A stretch of DNA of 32,638 bases from Chloroflexota bacterium (GTDB taxonomy: Bacteria; Chloroflexota; Chloroflexia; QHBQ01). The stretch lies in contig JAYUUN010000083.1 in assembly GCA_043754535.1 (NCBI GenBank), forward strand, positions 1-32,638, written 5' to 3'. Positions within the stretch are counted from its first letter, which is position 1. The number at the start of each line of letters is the position of its first letter. The notes below the pieces were generated by a model. It was not told where the DNA came from. It saw only the letters and a list, made by a program, of their open reading frames with translations, and made no database searches. This document shows, piece after piece, positions 8,012-18,564 of this stretch. The position numbers were made by a program, and so were the translations under genes.

Positions 8012-10249
8012 TTACGGGGTCTGCAACTTGTTGGCCTGGCTCTCAGCATCGCGGAGGGCATCCGTCACGCTGCGAGTACCCTTGATCGCTACAGTCATCG
8101 CGTTAGAGATGATATCGCGCACCTGCTGGTAGCTGCCCAACTTCGGCTCGCTGCGGGTGGCGAACGGTAGCACGTTGAGGTTGCTCTTGGCCTTCGCGTC
8201 CTTATCGTAGACCGACTTCAGTGGGTCGAGCGTGGTCGCGCTCTTGCGCACTGGGAAGTAGCCGCTGACCGAGGCCCAGCGAGCGGACTGCTGCCCTTCG
8301 AGGAACCACTTGACGAACTGCCACGAAGCCGCCTGCTTGGCCTCTGTGGTCTTGTACATGATGATATTGCCGCCGTAGAGGGTGGTGCCAGGCTGCACAC
8401 CAGCGGCCTGCGGCATCACAGCAGCGAACCAGTTGAAGTCGTAGGCCGGGTCAGCCTTGCCGTCTGCACCCTTCGGGTAGTAGGTCTTGATGAAGCTGTA
8501 GGCCGTGCTGCTGCGGAACAGGAAGGCGACCTTCTTGTTGGCGAAGTCGATCTCGTCCTGGAACGAGTTGAACTCAACCTGGTTGAAGTAACCGCCGCGC
8601 ACGCCGTCTACCAGCAGTTGCAAGGCCTTCTGCGCGCCTGCGTTGTTGAAGTTGTACTTCTTGTTGTCCGCCGTGGTGACCGTGCCACCGAAGGCGTAGA
8701 TCATCGCTACGTACATCGAAGTCTCGTTCTCGAACTCGAAGCCGCTGTATTCCTCACCGAGAGCCGCAACCTTCTTAGAAATGCTCACGAACTCGTCCCA
8801 GGTCTTGGGTGGGCCGCTGGCACCAACCTGCTTGAGCAGGTCTTCGTTGTACCACATGGTCAGAGCCGACTTGGTGAAGGGTAGGCTGTAGAACTTGTTG
8901 TCGTACTGAGCATACTTGTTGGTCTCGATAAAGTTGGGGTAGATGTCCGCGAGGTCGGCCTGGCTGAAGCCGTCCGCGCCGTTCAGGTAGCTGTCGAAGG
9001 GAACGACGGCATCGGCATCGTAGAGCGAGGGAATCCAGTTCTCGTAACCGACGGTCAGTTCGGGCAGCGCGTTGGCAACTGCGGCGGCCTGCACAGCGGT
9101 GAGCAACTGCGAGTAGTTGCCCTTGTACTCTGGGATGACCTGGATGTTGGGGTGTGACTTGTTAAAGTCCACTGCCATTGCAGTCAGTTCAGCCGCGTTG
9201 GTGCGGGTCTGGGTGTGCCAGAAGTGGACGATGGTGGCGTTGGGGGCGGCGGTGAAGGTCGGGGCTGGGGTCGCAGTAGCAGCGGGCGGGCCAGCCGGGG
9301 TAGGCGTGCTAGCCTTTGGCGTGGCTGTCGGCGGCACGCCCTGACCCTTGTAACGCCAGTCGTAGTAGTGCTGGCCGATATTGCCAACCTGTACCTTGAA
9401 GCCTTCGGGCGCACTCGGTACGTAGGTAATGACTCGCCGCTCGAACGCCTGGATCAGCACGTCGGTGTTGGCCTGGCCCGCGATCTTGACCTTCGCCCAG
9501 TATGGCTCGCTGATTGGCAGGCCGCTGGCATAGTTCCAGGGGTCGCTCAATTGCACGTCCTGCTTGGTTGTGCCATTCTCAACCACAGGGCCTTTGCTGT
9601 TGAGGAAGGTCCAGAAGGCTGCTGGGATGTTGTGGCGGGTGGTCTCGTCGAAGTGGACGTACTTGCCCAGGGCATCGCTGCTCTTGGTCGCGTCAATACC
9701 TGTGCGGCCATCCTTGCGGATCGTGGTAATCGCGTTGTCGCCAGTGTTGTCGCTAACCTGGCCGAGCAGGTTCTTGAAGCTGGCGTAGGTCGGGGCAGTC
9801 CTGTCGTCGCTGTCCGAAGCCAACGGGATGTCGGCGGCCTGCTTGTCCATGAACTTGTCGTTGCCGACCTGCATCCGACCAGAGATCAACTCCTGGGTCA
9901 GCAGACCGTTGGTGACGTAGAACTTGCTGCTCTTGTCGCCCTTCGGGTCGTTGAGTTCCATGCGGCTCTTGTCGAAGTACTGCACCAGCCGCTTGCCGCT
10001 GCCGTCCTTGGCCTCGGCGTAATCTTCCTGAAGTGCGCCGCTGCTTGGGGTCGGCCCCCAGTACCAACTGCGCTTAACCGCGCCGCTGGCAACCAGACTG
10101 TCGGTGCGGTTCCAGGTGGTCTGGAACGCGGGGTCGGCAAAGCCGTTGGCGGTCGCGGTCTGGGCCTGGGCAGGCCGCATCTGGATCAGGCCTGCGAAGA
10201 CCATGACCAGCATGGCGGCGGCCATAAAGATAGAACCAAACTTCTTCAC
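8012..10249 (-). CDS. ABC transporter substrate-binding protein (UgpB-like, family 1) fused to an N-terminal Chloroflexi-type surface domain
   Basis: Signal peptide, then a domain with FADPAF..W.RTD / RLVQYFDKSRME / GLPISEPYW / QAFERR / GNIGQHYY.WRY, a P/T/A linker, and an SBP (FWHTQT, SLPFTKS, PPKTWDE, ASWQFVKW, SGYFPVRKSA). AAGGAGG RBS precedes GTG 10249. Confidence 0.85.
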   Translation of the reverse strand: MKKFGSIFMAAAMLVMVFAGLIQMRPAQAQTATANGFADPAFQTTWNRTDSLVASGAVKRSWYWGPTPSSGALQEDYAEAKDGSGKRLVQYFDKSRMELNDPKGDKSSKFYVTNGLLTQELISGRMQVGNDKFMDKQAADIPLASDSDDRTAPTYASFKNLLGQVSDNTGDNAITTIRKDGRTGIDATKSSDALGKYVHFDETTRHNIPAAFWTFLNSKGPVVENGTTKQDVQLSDPWNYASGLPISEPYWAKVKIAGQANTDVLIQAFERRVITYVPSAPEGFKVQVGNIGQHYYDWRYKGQGVPPTATPKASTPTPAGPPAATATPAPTFTAAPNATIVHFWHTQTRTNAAELTAMAVDFNKSHPNIQVIPEYKGNYSQLLTAVQAAAVANALPELTVGYENWIPSLYDADAVVPFDSYLNGADGFSQADLADIYPNFIETNKYAQYDNKFYSLPFTKSALTMWYNEDLLKQVGASGPPKTWDEFVSISKKVAALGEEYSGFEFENETSMYVAMIYAFGGTVTTADNKKYNFNNAGAQKALQLLVDGVRGGYFNQVEFNSFQDEIDFANKKVAFLFRSSTAYSFIKTYYPKGADGKADPAYDFNWFAAVMPQAAGVQPGTTLYGGNIIMYKTTEAKQAASWQFVKWFLEGQQSARWASVSGYFPVRKSATTLDPLKSVYDKDAKAKSNLNVLPFATRSEPKLGSYQQVRDIISNAMTVAIKGTRSVTDALRDAESQANKLQTP

Positions 10250-10403
10250 ACAATCCTCCTTGTGAGACTGCACACTGGCCCGGCATACTTCGCCGGACTG
10301 ACGAGATATAGGGTGGAACCGTTCGTTGCCCTGGTGGGCGCGTATGGGGTTGGTATGGTGGAGGCTGCGCTGGTTACCCAGCCGGGCGGAGCATGGTGGT
10401 TGG

Positions 10404-11342
10404 CTAGTGTAGAGTAGGGGCTGATAACTTGACACCCGTCTTGGCGATGCCTTCAACAAACTGCCGTTGGGCAAAGAAGTAGATGACGATGATCGGCAGG
10501 ATGGTGAAGGTAGCCGCAGCCATCAGCAGGTGGAACTCATTCTGCTCGGAGTTGAGGAAGTTAGACAGCCCCACCTGGATTGTCCGCATACTATCCTGGC
10601 TGGTGACAATCAGCGGCCAGAGCAGGCTGTTCCAACTACCAATAAAGCTGAACAGCCCAGCGGTAATCAGGGCGGGCTTGGAGAGCGGCACTGCAAACTG
10701 CCAAATGAAGCGCAGACGGCTGCACCCATCCAATGCTGCCGCTTCGTAAATCTCCTCTGGCAGGGCGCGGAAGAACTGGCGCAGTAGAAAGATGTTGAAA
10801 GGGCTGGCGATCCAGGGGATGACCAGTGCGGCGTACGTATCGATCCACTGGAGGTTGCGAACGATCACGAAGTTGGGGATGTAGGCAGCCTCGTGGGGGA
10901 TCATCATCGTTGCTAGCACCAGGCCGAAGATCAGCCCAGACCCGCGGAAGTCGAGCTTGGCGAAGGCGTAGGCTGCCAACACTGAGGTGATCAGCACCCC
11001 GACGGTGCAGAGGCTTGCCACCAGGATAGAGTTGAAGAAGTAGCGACCAAAGTCCGCCGACTGCCAGGCATCTTTGTAATTGCTCCACTGCGGATTGGTC
11101 GGCACAAACATCCGCAGGGTGGCCCCCAGGTCAGCGTTCTTGGGGAAGTTGGTCGCCTGGTCGCTAGTCTTGAGTGAGGTGGCGACCATCCAGACAAAGG
11201 GGAGTAGGGCGAAAACCGACCCAATGATTAGCACAAAATGGGTGAGCAGACCGCTCAACTGGAAGCGGCGTTTGCGGCCCGCAGTGCGGGTCTGCACTGC
11301 ATCGCTGCTGACTGGTACTCTGGCGGAGGCTTCTACGGCCAC
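10404..11342 (-). CDS. Carbohydrate/glycerol-phosphate ABC transporter permease (UgpE/MalG-like)
   Basis: AAYAFAKL.F.G, IFLLRQFF.ALPEEIYEAAALDG, SWNSLLWPLIV. Confidence 0.9.
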   Translation of the reverse strand: MAVEASARVPVSSDAVQTRTAGRKRRFQLSGLLTHFVLIIGSVFALLPFVWMVATSLKTSDQATNFPKNADLGATLRMFVPTNPQWSNYKDAWQSADFGRYFFNSILVASLCTVGVLITSVLAAYAFAKLDFRGSGLIFGLVLATMMIPHEAAYIPNFVIVRNLQWIDTYAALVIPWIASPFNIFLLRQFFRALPEEIYEAAALDGCSRLRFIWQFAVPLSKPALITAGLFSFIGSWNSLLWPLIVTSQDSMRTIQVGLSNFLNSEQNEFHLLMAAATFTILPIIVIYFFAQRQFVEGIAKTGVKLSAPTLH

Positions 11343-11357
11343 AGGGCGGCTCTCCCT

Positions 11358-12452
11358 CTAGTAGTTGACGCGGCTAGCCGCGAGGCGAGTCTGGAAGATC
11401 GAGAGGACCACTAGGATGAAGAACAGAATGATCGCTGTGGTCGAGGCGTAGCTGAGGCCCAACTGGGTGTAGCGGAAGGCTGCGGTGTAGAAGAACAAGG
11501 TCATGACGTTGGTCGAGTTATCAGGCCCGCCCAGGCGGTCAATCGAGGTGGTGAACACAGTGGTGAAAGCCTGGAACGCGCCGATGGTGCTGACGATAGC
11601 CAGGAAGAAGGTGGTTGGCGAGATCAGCGGCCAGGTGATGTTCTTGAACAGCGTCCAGCCCTGCGCGCCATCTACGCGGGCCGCATCGTATAGTTCCTTC
11701 GGCACGTTTTGCAGCCCTGCAATAAAGACAACCGTGTTGAAGCCCACCACGCTCCAGATCGCCAGGAGGATGATCGTAAACAGAGCAAGGCTGGGGCCGC
11801 CGAGGAAGCTAGTCAGGCCGCCGATCAGCTTCGATCCCAAGTCGTCGGGATTGGCACTGTTGATCACTGGCTGGATGTTGAAGGCGAGTTGGAAGATACC
11901 GCGACTCTCGCCCAGAAAGTCAACAGGCTTGCCGCCAACCCCGACGATCAGCGAGTTGACCAGGCCGCCAGGCCCGTTCTGGTTCGGTGAGCGGAACAGC
12001 CACCGCCAGATCATGCCCGCCACGAGCAACGAGGTTACGTAGGGTAGAAAGAAGATGGTGCGGTAGATACCAATGCCCCGAATGGGCCGATTGAGCAGCA
12101 GAGCGAGGCCGAGCGCAGTCGCCAGCCCCAACACTACGCTACCGAGGGCGTACCAGATCGTATTGCCCAGCACCTTCCAGAATATGTCGTCGTTGAGGAT
12201 GCGGCCATAGTTGTTAAAGCCGGTAAACCGCTCTGGGGCAGGCAGCAAGCCCTTGAAGATCGGGGCGCGGTAGAGGCTGAGGACGAAAGCATAGATGATC
12301 GGCAGGAAGTGGAAGATGCCAAGAACCAGCACGGCGGGGAGGATCAGCACGTAACCCTCAAGGTTGAGGCGGAACCGCCGTCGCCGTTGTGAGCGCGCCA
12401 GTTGCGCCAACATATGTTCTTCGCTCTGCAAACCCGCAGTGCCTGTTGTCAT
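11358..12452 (-). CDS. Carbohydrate/glycerol-phosphate ABC transporter permease (UgpA/MalF-like)
   Basis: GFNNY, YRTIFFLPYV, AGLQNVPKELYDAARVDGA, ITWPLISPTTFF, GGPDNST. Confidence 0.9.
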   Translation of the reverse strand: MTTGTAGLQSEEHMLAQLARSQRRRRFRLNLEGYVLILPAVLVLGIFHFLPIIYAFVLSLYRAPIFKGLLPAPERFTGFNNYGRILNDDIFWKVLGNTIWYALGSVVLGLATALGLALLLNRPIRGIGIYRTIFFLPYVTSLLVAGMIWRWLFRSPNQNGPGGLVNSLIVGVGGKPVDFLGESRGIFQLAFNIQPVINSANPDDLGSKLIGGLTSFLGGPSLALFTIILLAIWSVVGFNTVVFIAGLQNVPKELYDAARVDGAQGWTLFKNITWPLISPTTFFLAIVSTIGAFQAFTTVFTTSIDRLGGPDNSTNVMTLFFYTAAFRYTQLGLSYASTTAIILFFILVVLSIFQTRLAASRVNY

Positions 12453-12500
12453 CTAACAGCGGCTCCCCCTTGCGTTGCCAAAACTGATTGACGCGGCTGT

Positions 12501-12532
12501 ATTTTACCGAACAAGTGTTAACGAGATGTTAA
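12501..12532 (-). promoter_or_regulatory. Pho-box-like direct repeat plus -10 element for the ABC operon
   Basis: Minus strand TTAACA-N5-TTAACA (12532-12527, 12521-12516; 11-bp period), 9 nt upstream of TAAAAT (12506-12501). Confidence 0.55.
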
Positions 12533-12577
12533 GAAAATCTAGGACTGCACAAATCGCACCAGCCTTGCAGCCCCAGG

Positions 12578-13375
12578 TCAAAGATGCAGCAGGCTGAGGA
12601 GCAGGTAGCTGCCCAGCATGGCAAGCAGGAAGCTACTAGCCTGGAGCAGATCGCGCTGGCGGTCGAGTACCCAGTCGTTGAAGTCGATCAGGCTGGCGTT
12701 GCGGAAGGTGATGATACCGCCGAGCATGGCGGGCAGCCCACGCACCAAGCCGTAGAGCGCACCTAGTAGCAGCCCCACTTTGAGGCTGGCGGCCAGCAAC
12801 TCCCAGCCGAGCAGTAGATAGAAACCCGCAAAGGGGATGAAGGTGAACACACCTGCGCCCAGGGCGAGGCCGTAGAAGAAGGTACCGACGAGGGGGTAGT
12901 TGACCCCCCAGGAGTTAGGCACTTGCCAGTTGGATTGTGGCGCAGGCAGGCGCAGCACGCCCACCTCGTGCAGGGCATAGAGCAGGGCAGTGACCGCCAG
13001 CAACGCCACCGGTATAGCCTCTCTGCCAAAGAACAGCAGGCGCAGTGGCTTACCGAGCAAGGCTAGCAGCAGCCCCAGCAACGCGCCACCGAGCGCAGAT
13101 GCGAGTACGTATACAACTACTCTGGCGAGCCAGAGCCTTACATCCTTTGCCTGCTGACCCAGCGGCACGATCACGTAGATCATGTTCACCCCTCAGGCAG
13201 AGGAGGTTTTGGCAATGCCGAGCAGCACTGCCAGTGCAGCCACCAGCGCGAGAGCCGCCCCTGCCCGCAGATCGACGTTGGCCCCCTGCCACAAGGCAAG
13301 GCCCACCCCGGTCAGGAGACCGGTGGCAGGCCAGAGTAGGGAGCTAAAGCGTCTACTTGCGCTCAGGTTAGCCAT
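12578..13375 (-). CDS. MauF-like membrane protein with in-frame TGA (13193-13195); candidate selenoprotein, alternatively a nonsense pseudogene
   Basis: ORFs 13193..13375 and 12578..13189 are in the same frame, separated only by TGA-GGG. Readthrough gives SSA-U-GVNM, matching MauF S-P-C-G as recalled. PQSNWQVP and YGLALG motifs are also MauF-like. Confidence 0.65.
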
Positions 13376-13386
13376 CAGTCAGCTAG

Positions 13387-13839
13387 CTAGTCGTTGCTGC
13401 GCTGGCGGCCCAGCGCAGGAGCGGCTACCGGCGACTTGCTGGTGCGGAACTCGCGGCAACCACACTGATAATTGCTCGCGCTGCAGAAGCAGTCGGTGCA
13501 GACGAAGTAGCCCGGTACCACGCCCCGCCCGCCCGTGCAGTACGAAGTCCAGGTGCCAGAGGGATAATAGTTGCGGTTGAGGCGACACTCCTCCATAGTA
13601 CCGCGCCCGCTGTCCTGGTAGCAGTTTGCGCCCCGACAGTTGGTGCAGTACGGCCCCGGTGGCGAGCAGGAGCAGATGCTGTTGGTGTAAGCCTCGGCCA
13701 CCTGGGTGAACTTGCCAGTAGCAACCCCGACCAGCACGGCAAACACTGCGGTGCCTGCTTGCTTGAGGAACGAGCGGCGGTCAACGGCCCTGGCGATGCT
13801 CTGGGCCAACCGCTGCGTAGATGTCAGTTCTTCATCCAT
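13387..13839 (-). CDS. Tat-exported cysteine-rich protein, distantly MauA (methylamine dehydrogenase small subunit)-like
   Basis: DRRSFLK Tat motif, hydrophobic stretch and AEA cleavage site. The mature part has 12 Cys and one Trp (GTWTSYC). AGGAG RBS. Confidence 0.75.
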   Translation of the reverse strand: MDEELTSTQRLAQSIARAVDRRSFLKQAGTAVFAVLVGVATGKFTQVAEAYTNSICSCSPPGPYCTNCRGANCYQDSGRGTMEECRLNRNYYPSGTWTSYCTGGRGVVPGYFVCTDCFCSASNYQCGCREFRTSKSPVAAPALGRQRSND

Positions 13840-13854
13840 TTTGTTACTCCTATA

Positions 13855-14475
13855 CTAAACTGCGCTGAAACGAGAGAACCGGGTGGGTAAGCGGGCGGCC
13901 AGGGGAGCGGCAGTGCTGCCGCCCGCCTCGGCCTCGCGCAGGTAGGTCTCCAGGTTTTGCCTGGTGTTCGCCAGCCCCTTGACCAGCACCTTGCCGTTGG
14001 GGTTGAGCAGGAAAACGAACGGGGTGACGCGCACCTGGTAGCGTTCCATCAGGCTGCCGTCGTCGCTGCTGACGGTCGGCAAGACCGACTCCATCTCTGC
14101 GACGTAGCGCACACTCTCCTCATGGCTGGTGCGGTTGTTGATCCAGAGGGCGTGGACGCGATCCCCATGCTCGGTAACGAACTGCTGCACGTCGGGTAGG
14201 AGGCGGCGGCAGGGCTGGCAAGTGGTCGAGCCGAAGACAAGCAGCAGATACCGCTTGCCGTCAAGCAGCGACCGCATCTGCAAGTTCTCGCCTTGCTGGT
14301 TGAGCGCACCAAAGTCGGGAGCGAGGGTATTGGACTTGAGGCCATCACCCGCCACCCCCTGCGCGGTGTTGAGGTACTGCTGACCGATCTGACGGTAGAG
14401 CAGCACCACGAGCAAGCCCAGGGCCAGGACTATGGCCCAAAGGACTATATAACTGACCAGCCAGATGCCATCCAT
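13855..14475 (-). CDS. mauD: MauD-like membrane-anchored thioredoxin/redoxin
   Basis: N-terminal TM SYIVLW...LYRQIG, APDF, CQPC, YQVRVTPF, KGLANT..LE. Confidence 0.75.
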   Translation of the reverse strand: MDGIWLVSYIVLWAIVLALGLLVVLLYRQIGQQYLNTAQGVAGDGLKSNTLAPDFGALNQQGENLQMRSLLDGKRYLLLVFGSTTCQPCRRLLPDVQQFVTEHGDRVHALWINNRTSHEESVRYVAEMESVLPTVSSDDGSLMERYQVRVTPFVFLLNPNGKVLVKGLANTRQNLETYLREAEAGGSTAAPLAARLPTRFSRFSAV

Positions 14476-14506
14476 TGGCGTTAAACTGCCTCTCTTGTAC
14501 TTCATC

Positions 14507-15085
14507 TTATACTGCCTGCAAGGTCTGGCGGATGTAGCCAAGCACACGACCGCCAAATACGATCCCTACGACGGTGATCCCTGCCAGGAGCAGCACTGGT
14601 AGACCGTCAAGCGCGGGCGGATAGACCCCCTGCCGCCCTGCCACCACCAGGTAGTCGAGCGCAAGCCAGGCCGAGCCAGTGAAGGTCAGCAGCAGCGCAG
14701 TGGTCAGCAGCAGCAGATTACGCAGCAGCGCACCCCATGTTAGCGTCCCCGCCGAAAAGCTACCGAAGCAATGACAGTTCTCCGTCTTGCCAAGCAGCAG
14801 CTTACGAGCCAACACTATGCTAAAGAGCAGAAACATGGCCGCTGCTGCCAGCCCCGCTATGTTAGTCAGCAGCCCCAGCAGCAGCAGCCCGCCGATAGCT
14901 AGCTCAACAAAGGGCAGTAGCCGTGCCGCAAGCCGCGCCAGTGGCAAGGGCAGGAAGCTGACCTCAGCCAGCAGCAGCCCTGGATTGTTCTCGCGCAGCT
15001 TGCCCACCCCAGCAACGAGCAGCACCCCCGCCAGCAACAGGCGAGCAAACAGCACTAGATAGGGTGAATTAACGACCTCTGCCAC
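14507..15085 (-). CDS. mauE: MauE/DoxX family redox-associated membrane protein
   Basis: ARLLLAGVLLVAGVGKL, LPFVELAIG, NCHCFG, LLRNLLL. Confidence 0.8.
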   Translation of the reverse strand: MAEVVNSPYLVLFARLLLAGVLLVAGVGKLRENNPGLLLAEVSFLPLPLARLAARLLPFVELAIGGLLLLGLLTNIAGLAAAAMFLLFSIVLARKLLLGKTENCHCFGSFSAGTLTWGALLRNLLLLTTALLLTFTGSAWLALDYLVVAGRQGVYPPALDGLPVLLLAGITVVGIVFGGRVLGYIRQTLQAV

Positions 15086-15390
15086 CGCTTAGACCTTTAT
15101 GCAAGCGAACGATAGTCTCAAGTGCCAGCGAACCCGCTGGCTCTGGCTGAATGTTAGCACAAACTGGGGGGAGAGTCAAGGGGCTGCCGATGTGGTTCAA
15201 CTACTAGCTGCGCGCAACCGCAGCATCCAGCAGTGTGCTAACCTGGGCCAGCAACTCGCAGTAATGTTGGAGGTTGATCACCCTGGCAGGAGGCTTAGCG
15301 GCTGCGTCCAGCATTTGCGAGCAGCACTGGCCCCCCTCCGCGCTGATCGTGGGCTAATTGTAGCACCACTGTACTGGATAGTCAGTGTGG

Positions 15391-15419
15391 TTGCCGCGCT
15401 CTCTATGCTCTGCTATAAT
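15391..15419 (+). promoter_or_regulatory. Sigma70 promoter with extended -10, likely giving a leaderless methyltransferase mRNA
   Basis: TTGCCG (15391-15396), 17 bp spacer, TATAAT (15414-15419) preceded by TG-C. ATG 15427 follows after a 7-nt gap with no SD. Confidence 0.6.
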
Positions 15420-15426
15420 GGCGACT

Positions 15427-16386
15427 ATGCAGGCTAATCCCTTCCTCAAGTGGGCTGGTGGCAAGCGGCAGTTGCTCAGCCACCTACTGCCCCTCGTCCC
15501 CGCACGCTACAGCCGCTACCTGGAGCCATTCATTGGCGGTGGCGCGCTTTACTTTGCCACTCAGCCACGGGTTGCCTTCATTGCCGACGCAAACCGCGAG
15601 TTGGTCACCACCTATGAGGTTGTGCGCGACAAGCCAGAGGCACTGGTCGCGCGGCTGACTGAACACCGCACCTGCCACAATCAAGATTACTACTACCAGC
15701 TACGTGCTGAACAGCCTACCTCTCCACTTGAGGTTGCTGCTCGCTTCATCTACCTGAACAAAACCTGCTTCAACGGCCTCTACCGCGTCAATCGCAGCGG
15801 CCAGTACAATGTGCCAATCGGCAGCTACAAGAACCCCCAGATATTCGACCGCTCCAACCTGCTTGCCTGTGCCTCTGCCCTTAAATCGGCCATCATCCGC
15901 CATGCTGACTACCGCGAAACGCTGCAAGAGGCAAAGTCAGGTGATTTCGTCTACCTCGATCCACCCTATGCTCCGCTCAGTCCTACATCCTCGTTCACCA
16001 GCTATACGAAAGACGAGTTTGGTGAGCGGCAGCAGCGCGAACTGGCCCAGTGCTACCGTGAATTGGATCGGCGCGGCTGCTACGTGATGCTAAGTAACTC
16101 CTCAGCCCAGCTAATCCTTGACATCTATCAGGGCTTTGATGTTCGTCTAGTTGCTGCTACACGCATGATCAACAGCAAAGCGGACGGGCGTGGTATGGTC
16201 AACGAGGTGGTTATTTTGAACTACCAACCGCCCGCTAGCGGATTCGTAAAAGTGGATAAGCGGACAAAGCAGCCAGTCAACCCAGTATCAGTAGGCTTGT
16301 TACCATCCAATGAAGATGCAATCGGGTCACATCAAACTGAACAGCAACCATCTACATCCACTTATCCATTTCTACGAATCCGCTAG
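15427..16386 (+). CDS. Dam/DpnM-family (alpha class) N6-adenine DNA methyltransferase
   Basis: FLKWAGGK, YLEPFIGGGA, FIYLNKTCFNGLYRVN..G.YNVP.G.Y, FVYLDPPY, MLSNS. Confidence 0.9.
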   Translation: MQANPFLKWAGGKRQLLSHLLPLVPARYSRYLEPFIGGGALYFATQPRVAFIADANRELVTTYEVVRDKPEALVARLTEHRTCHNQDYYYQLRAEQPTSPLEVAARFIYLNKTCFNGLYRVNRSGQYNVPIGSYKNPQIFDRSNLLACASALKSAIIRHADYRETLQEAKSGDFVYLDPPYAPLSPTSSFTSYTKDEFGERQQRELAQCYRELDRRGCYVMLSNSSAQLILDIYQGFDVRLVAATRMINSKADGRGMVNEVVILNYQPPASGFVKVDKRTKQPVNPVSVGLLPSNEDAIGSHQTEQQPSTSTYPFLRIR

Positions 16387-16419
16387 CCGCAACCAACTTT
16401 CTCAACGAGGAGAAACCCC

Positions 16420-18405
<1,986 letters not shown>

Positions 18406-18564
18406 GCCGCCGCCAGGGACAGCTAACCTGACGACCGATCTGTTCAGCCAGCAACCACCTCCGCACCATCCGCTATGCCAAGCTGCTGCTCCTAATGCCG
18501 TTGGCTAAGATTCTGCTGTAGCAACAGCACGACCGTTCAGCATTCATCATCCACATCTACTGCT

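Noticed and set aside
9215..10417. 400-aa plus-strand ORF and similar long antisense ORFs (e.g. 19954..20790, 22818..23705, 25077..25751)
   Set aside because: Shadow ORFs opposite well-supported genes, as expected from GC-rich codon bias.
12578..15085. Functional methylamine dehydrogenase operon
   Set aside because: No mauB, mauG or amicyanin in the cluster, and the small protein lacks the second Trp needed for TTQ.
15204..15314. 36-aa minus-strand ORF (MLDAAAKPPARV...) upstream of mauE
   Set aside because: Short, with no well-spaced RBS and no motif; cannot be supported.
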